Shown: piece after piece, positions 62,730-64,000 of the stretch
Numbering within the stretch: the stretch's first letter is position 1
Layout: every line of letters begins with the position of its first letter
From: an uncultured bacterium
Lineage (GTDB): Bacteria > Patescibacteriota > Saccharimonadia > Saccharimonadales > 2-12-FULL-41-12
Assembly (NCBI GenBank): GCA_963834265.1
Contig: CAWIAU010000001.1
Span: 135,572-199,571 of the forward strand
Direction: 5' to 3'
DNA length: 64,000 bases
Position numbers and translations under genes: made by a program
Notes under the pieces: model-generated
The model's database searches: none
What the model was told of the DNA's origin: nothing
Seen by the model: the letters and a program-made list of their open reading frames with translations, nothing else

Positions 62730-64000
62730 ATGGAAAATAATAATAACAATACTAACAAACCAGCTGACACGGGTAGTGCCGGCAGTACGAAACGACCCGC
62801 AAGGTCGCAGAGGAAACAAAACCCACCCGACAACGGTGGTAACGAACGTCGTCCGGCCAGCCGCGGTGCCGCAATTCGCGCCCAGAAACGAACCGTTGAA
62901 GATGCTCATCGCATCGCCAATCAATATATGGACGCCGAGGGCAAAAGTGGCAATAATGGTGGTGAAAAAAAACCGCGTGCGAACTTCATCGATGATACTC
63001 CACGTCTGAAAATTATCGGTCTGGGTGGCATGGATGGCGGTGGATCCAAGAACACCATACTTGTCGAATACAAGGACGACGTAGTCATTATGGACTGCGG
63101 CAGTGACCTCGGTGTCGACCTGCCGGGTATTAACTACGGTATTGCCGACATGGCATATCTCGATACTGTCAAACACAAACTAAAAGGCTACATCATCACC
63201 CACGGTCACCTGGATCATATCGGCGGCTTGCCGCACATTGTGCCGCTGTTCCCGGCGCCGATTTATGGCAGTAAATTTACAATCGGGCGCGTCGAAGAAA
63301 TCTTCGGAAACTTCGGTCTGCCAATGCCCGAGGGATTTGAGCTCAAGACAGTAACAATGAACGAAAAAACTCATGAACGTCTCAAAGTCGGCGAGTTTTT
63401 CGTCGAATTTGTAACCGTAACCCATGCTATACCGGGCAGTACCTGTATCGTTCTTGATACTCCCGTAGGCCGCATCATTAATACCGGTGACTTCCGGCTT
63501 GATCCGAATCCGCTGGACCACGAACGCACCGATACTGAGCGCCTGATAGCACTCGGCAAAGAAGGTGTGCTGGCGCTACTCAGTGAAAGTACCACTACCG
63601 AACGCCCCGGCCGTACGCCCAGCGAAAGCATGTTGGAAGATAGCTTCGTCAGGATCATGGATCAGGCTCCGGGCCGGATCTTTGTAGCAATCTTCAGTAC
63701 CAACGTGAATCGTATTCAGATGATTATCAATGCTGCAGTGCATCACGGCAAGAAGATTGCTCTCGATGGTCGCAGTATGATTTCGACTCTGGAAATGGCA
63801 GTGCGTCACGGCTTCGTACGCGTACCAAAAGGGACGTTCGTACCTATTGCGAGTGTACCGAATATGCCCGATGATCAGGTAGTTATTGTCTGTACCGGTG
63901 GTCAGGGTGAACCAAGCTCGGCCTTGCAGCGTATGTCAACCGGCGACCATCGCCACATCAAACTCAAAGAACAGGATTCGGTCATTCTCAGCTCAACACC
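62730..64000 (+). CDS. rnj: Ribonuclease J (metallo-beta-lactamase/beta-CASP), 3' end outside window
   Basis: Not in the ORF track because no stop falls within the window. ATG at 62730 with an AAGGAAA RBS. Asn/Arg-rich N-terminal tail, then KIIGLGGMDGGGSKNTILVEY..., ITHGHLDHIGGLPH and GDFRLDPNP. Confidence 0.88.
   Translation, partial: MENNNNNTNKPADTGSAGSTKRPARSQRKQNPPDNGGNERRPASRGAAIRAQKRTVEDAHRIANQYMDAEGKSGNNGGEKKPRANFIDDTPRLKIIGLGGMDGGGSKNTILVEYKDDVVIMDCGSDLGVDLPGINYGIADMAYLDTVKHKLKGYIITHGHLDHIGGLPHIVPLFPAPIYGSKFTIGRVEEIFGNFGLPMPEGFELKTVTMNEKTHERLKVGEFFVEFVTVTHAIPGSTCIVLDTPVGRIINTGDFRLDPNPLDHERTDTERLIALGKEGVLALLSESTTTERPGRTPSESMLEDSFVRIMDQAPGRIFVAIFSTNVNRIQMIINAAVHHGKKIALDGRSMISTLEMAVRHGFVRVPKGTFVPIASVPNMPDDQVVIVCTGGQGEPSSALQRMSTGDHRHIKLKEQDSVILSST

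Noticed and set aside
62706-63809. Minus-strand ORFs (62706-63176, 63180-63521, 63371-63658, 63576-63809)
   Set aside because: All are antisense to the RNase J gene. That gene is missing from the ORF track only because it runs off the window, yet it has unmistakable HGHLDH and beta-CASP motifs.

Overview
Gene-dense 64-kb chromosomal window using the standard bacterial code: TAA, TAG and TGA all terminate conserved genes. The gene content suggests a reduced-genome Patescibacteria/CPR bacterium, possibly Saccharibacteria-like; this is inference from content only. Housekeeping genes: valS, tsaD, a murE-like ligase, groES-groEL with a CIRCE operator, argH-argB-argS, mscL, orn, dnaG, rpoD, polA, glmS, mutM, holA, rpsT, truB, rpsO, pnp, a family-4 UDG and rnj (cut by the right edge). 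There are four tRNAs (Arg-GCG, Ser-GCU, Ser-UGA, Ser-CGA). A tandem array of four VirB2/TrbC-like pilin paralogs sits at the left edge. Several AT-rich pockets hold orphan genes. I saw no rRNA, CRISPR array, transposase or integrase ORF. The most unusual content is non-coding. (1) A structured ~270-390-nt intergenic repeat family has four copies; two of them form diverged inverted repeats around a stand-alone HsdR-N/PD-(D/E)xK nuclease-like gene. (2) A structured module lies 3' of two different tRNAs and ends in a duplicate of that tRNA's own 3' end. (3) An Arg-codon leader peptide with terminator/antiterminator geometry lies upstream of argH. (4) Conserved inverted arms clamp the start codons of comF and of an HTH-HAD gene. 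(5) A 168-bp IR-bounded element abuts the glmS stop codon. Two genes (dnaG and an orphan at 39.4-40.2 kb) are split by single-nucleotide frame changes. All calls rest on reading the sequence and on motif recognition; no searches were run.
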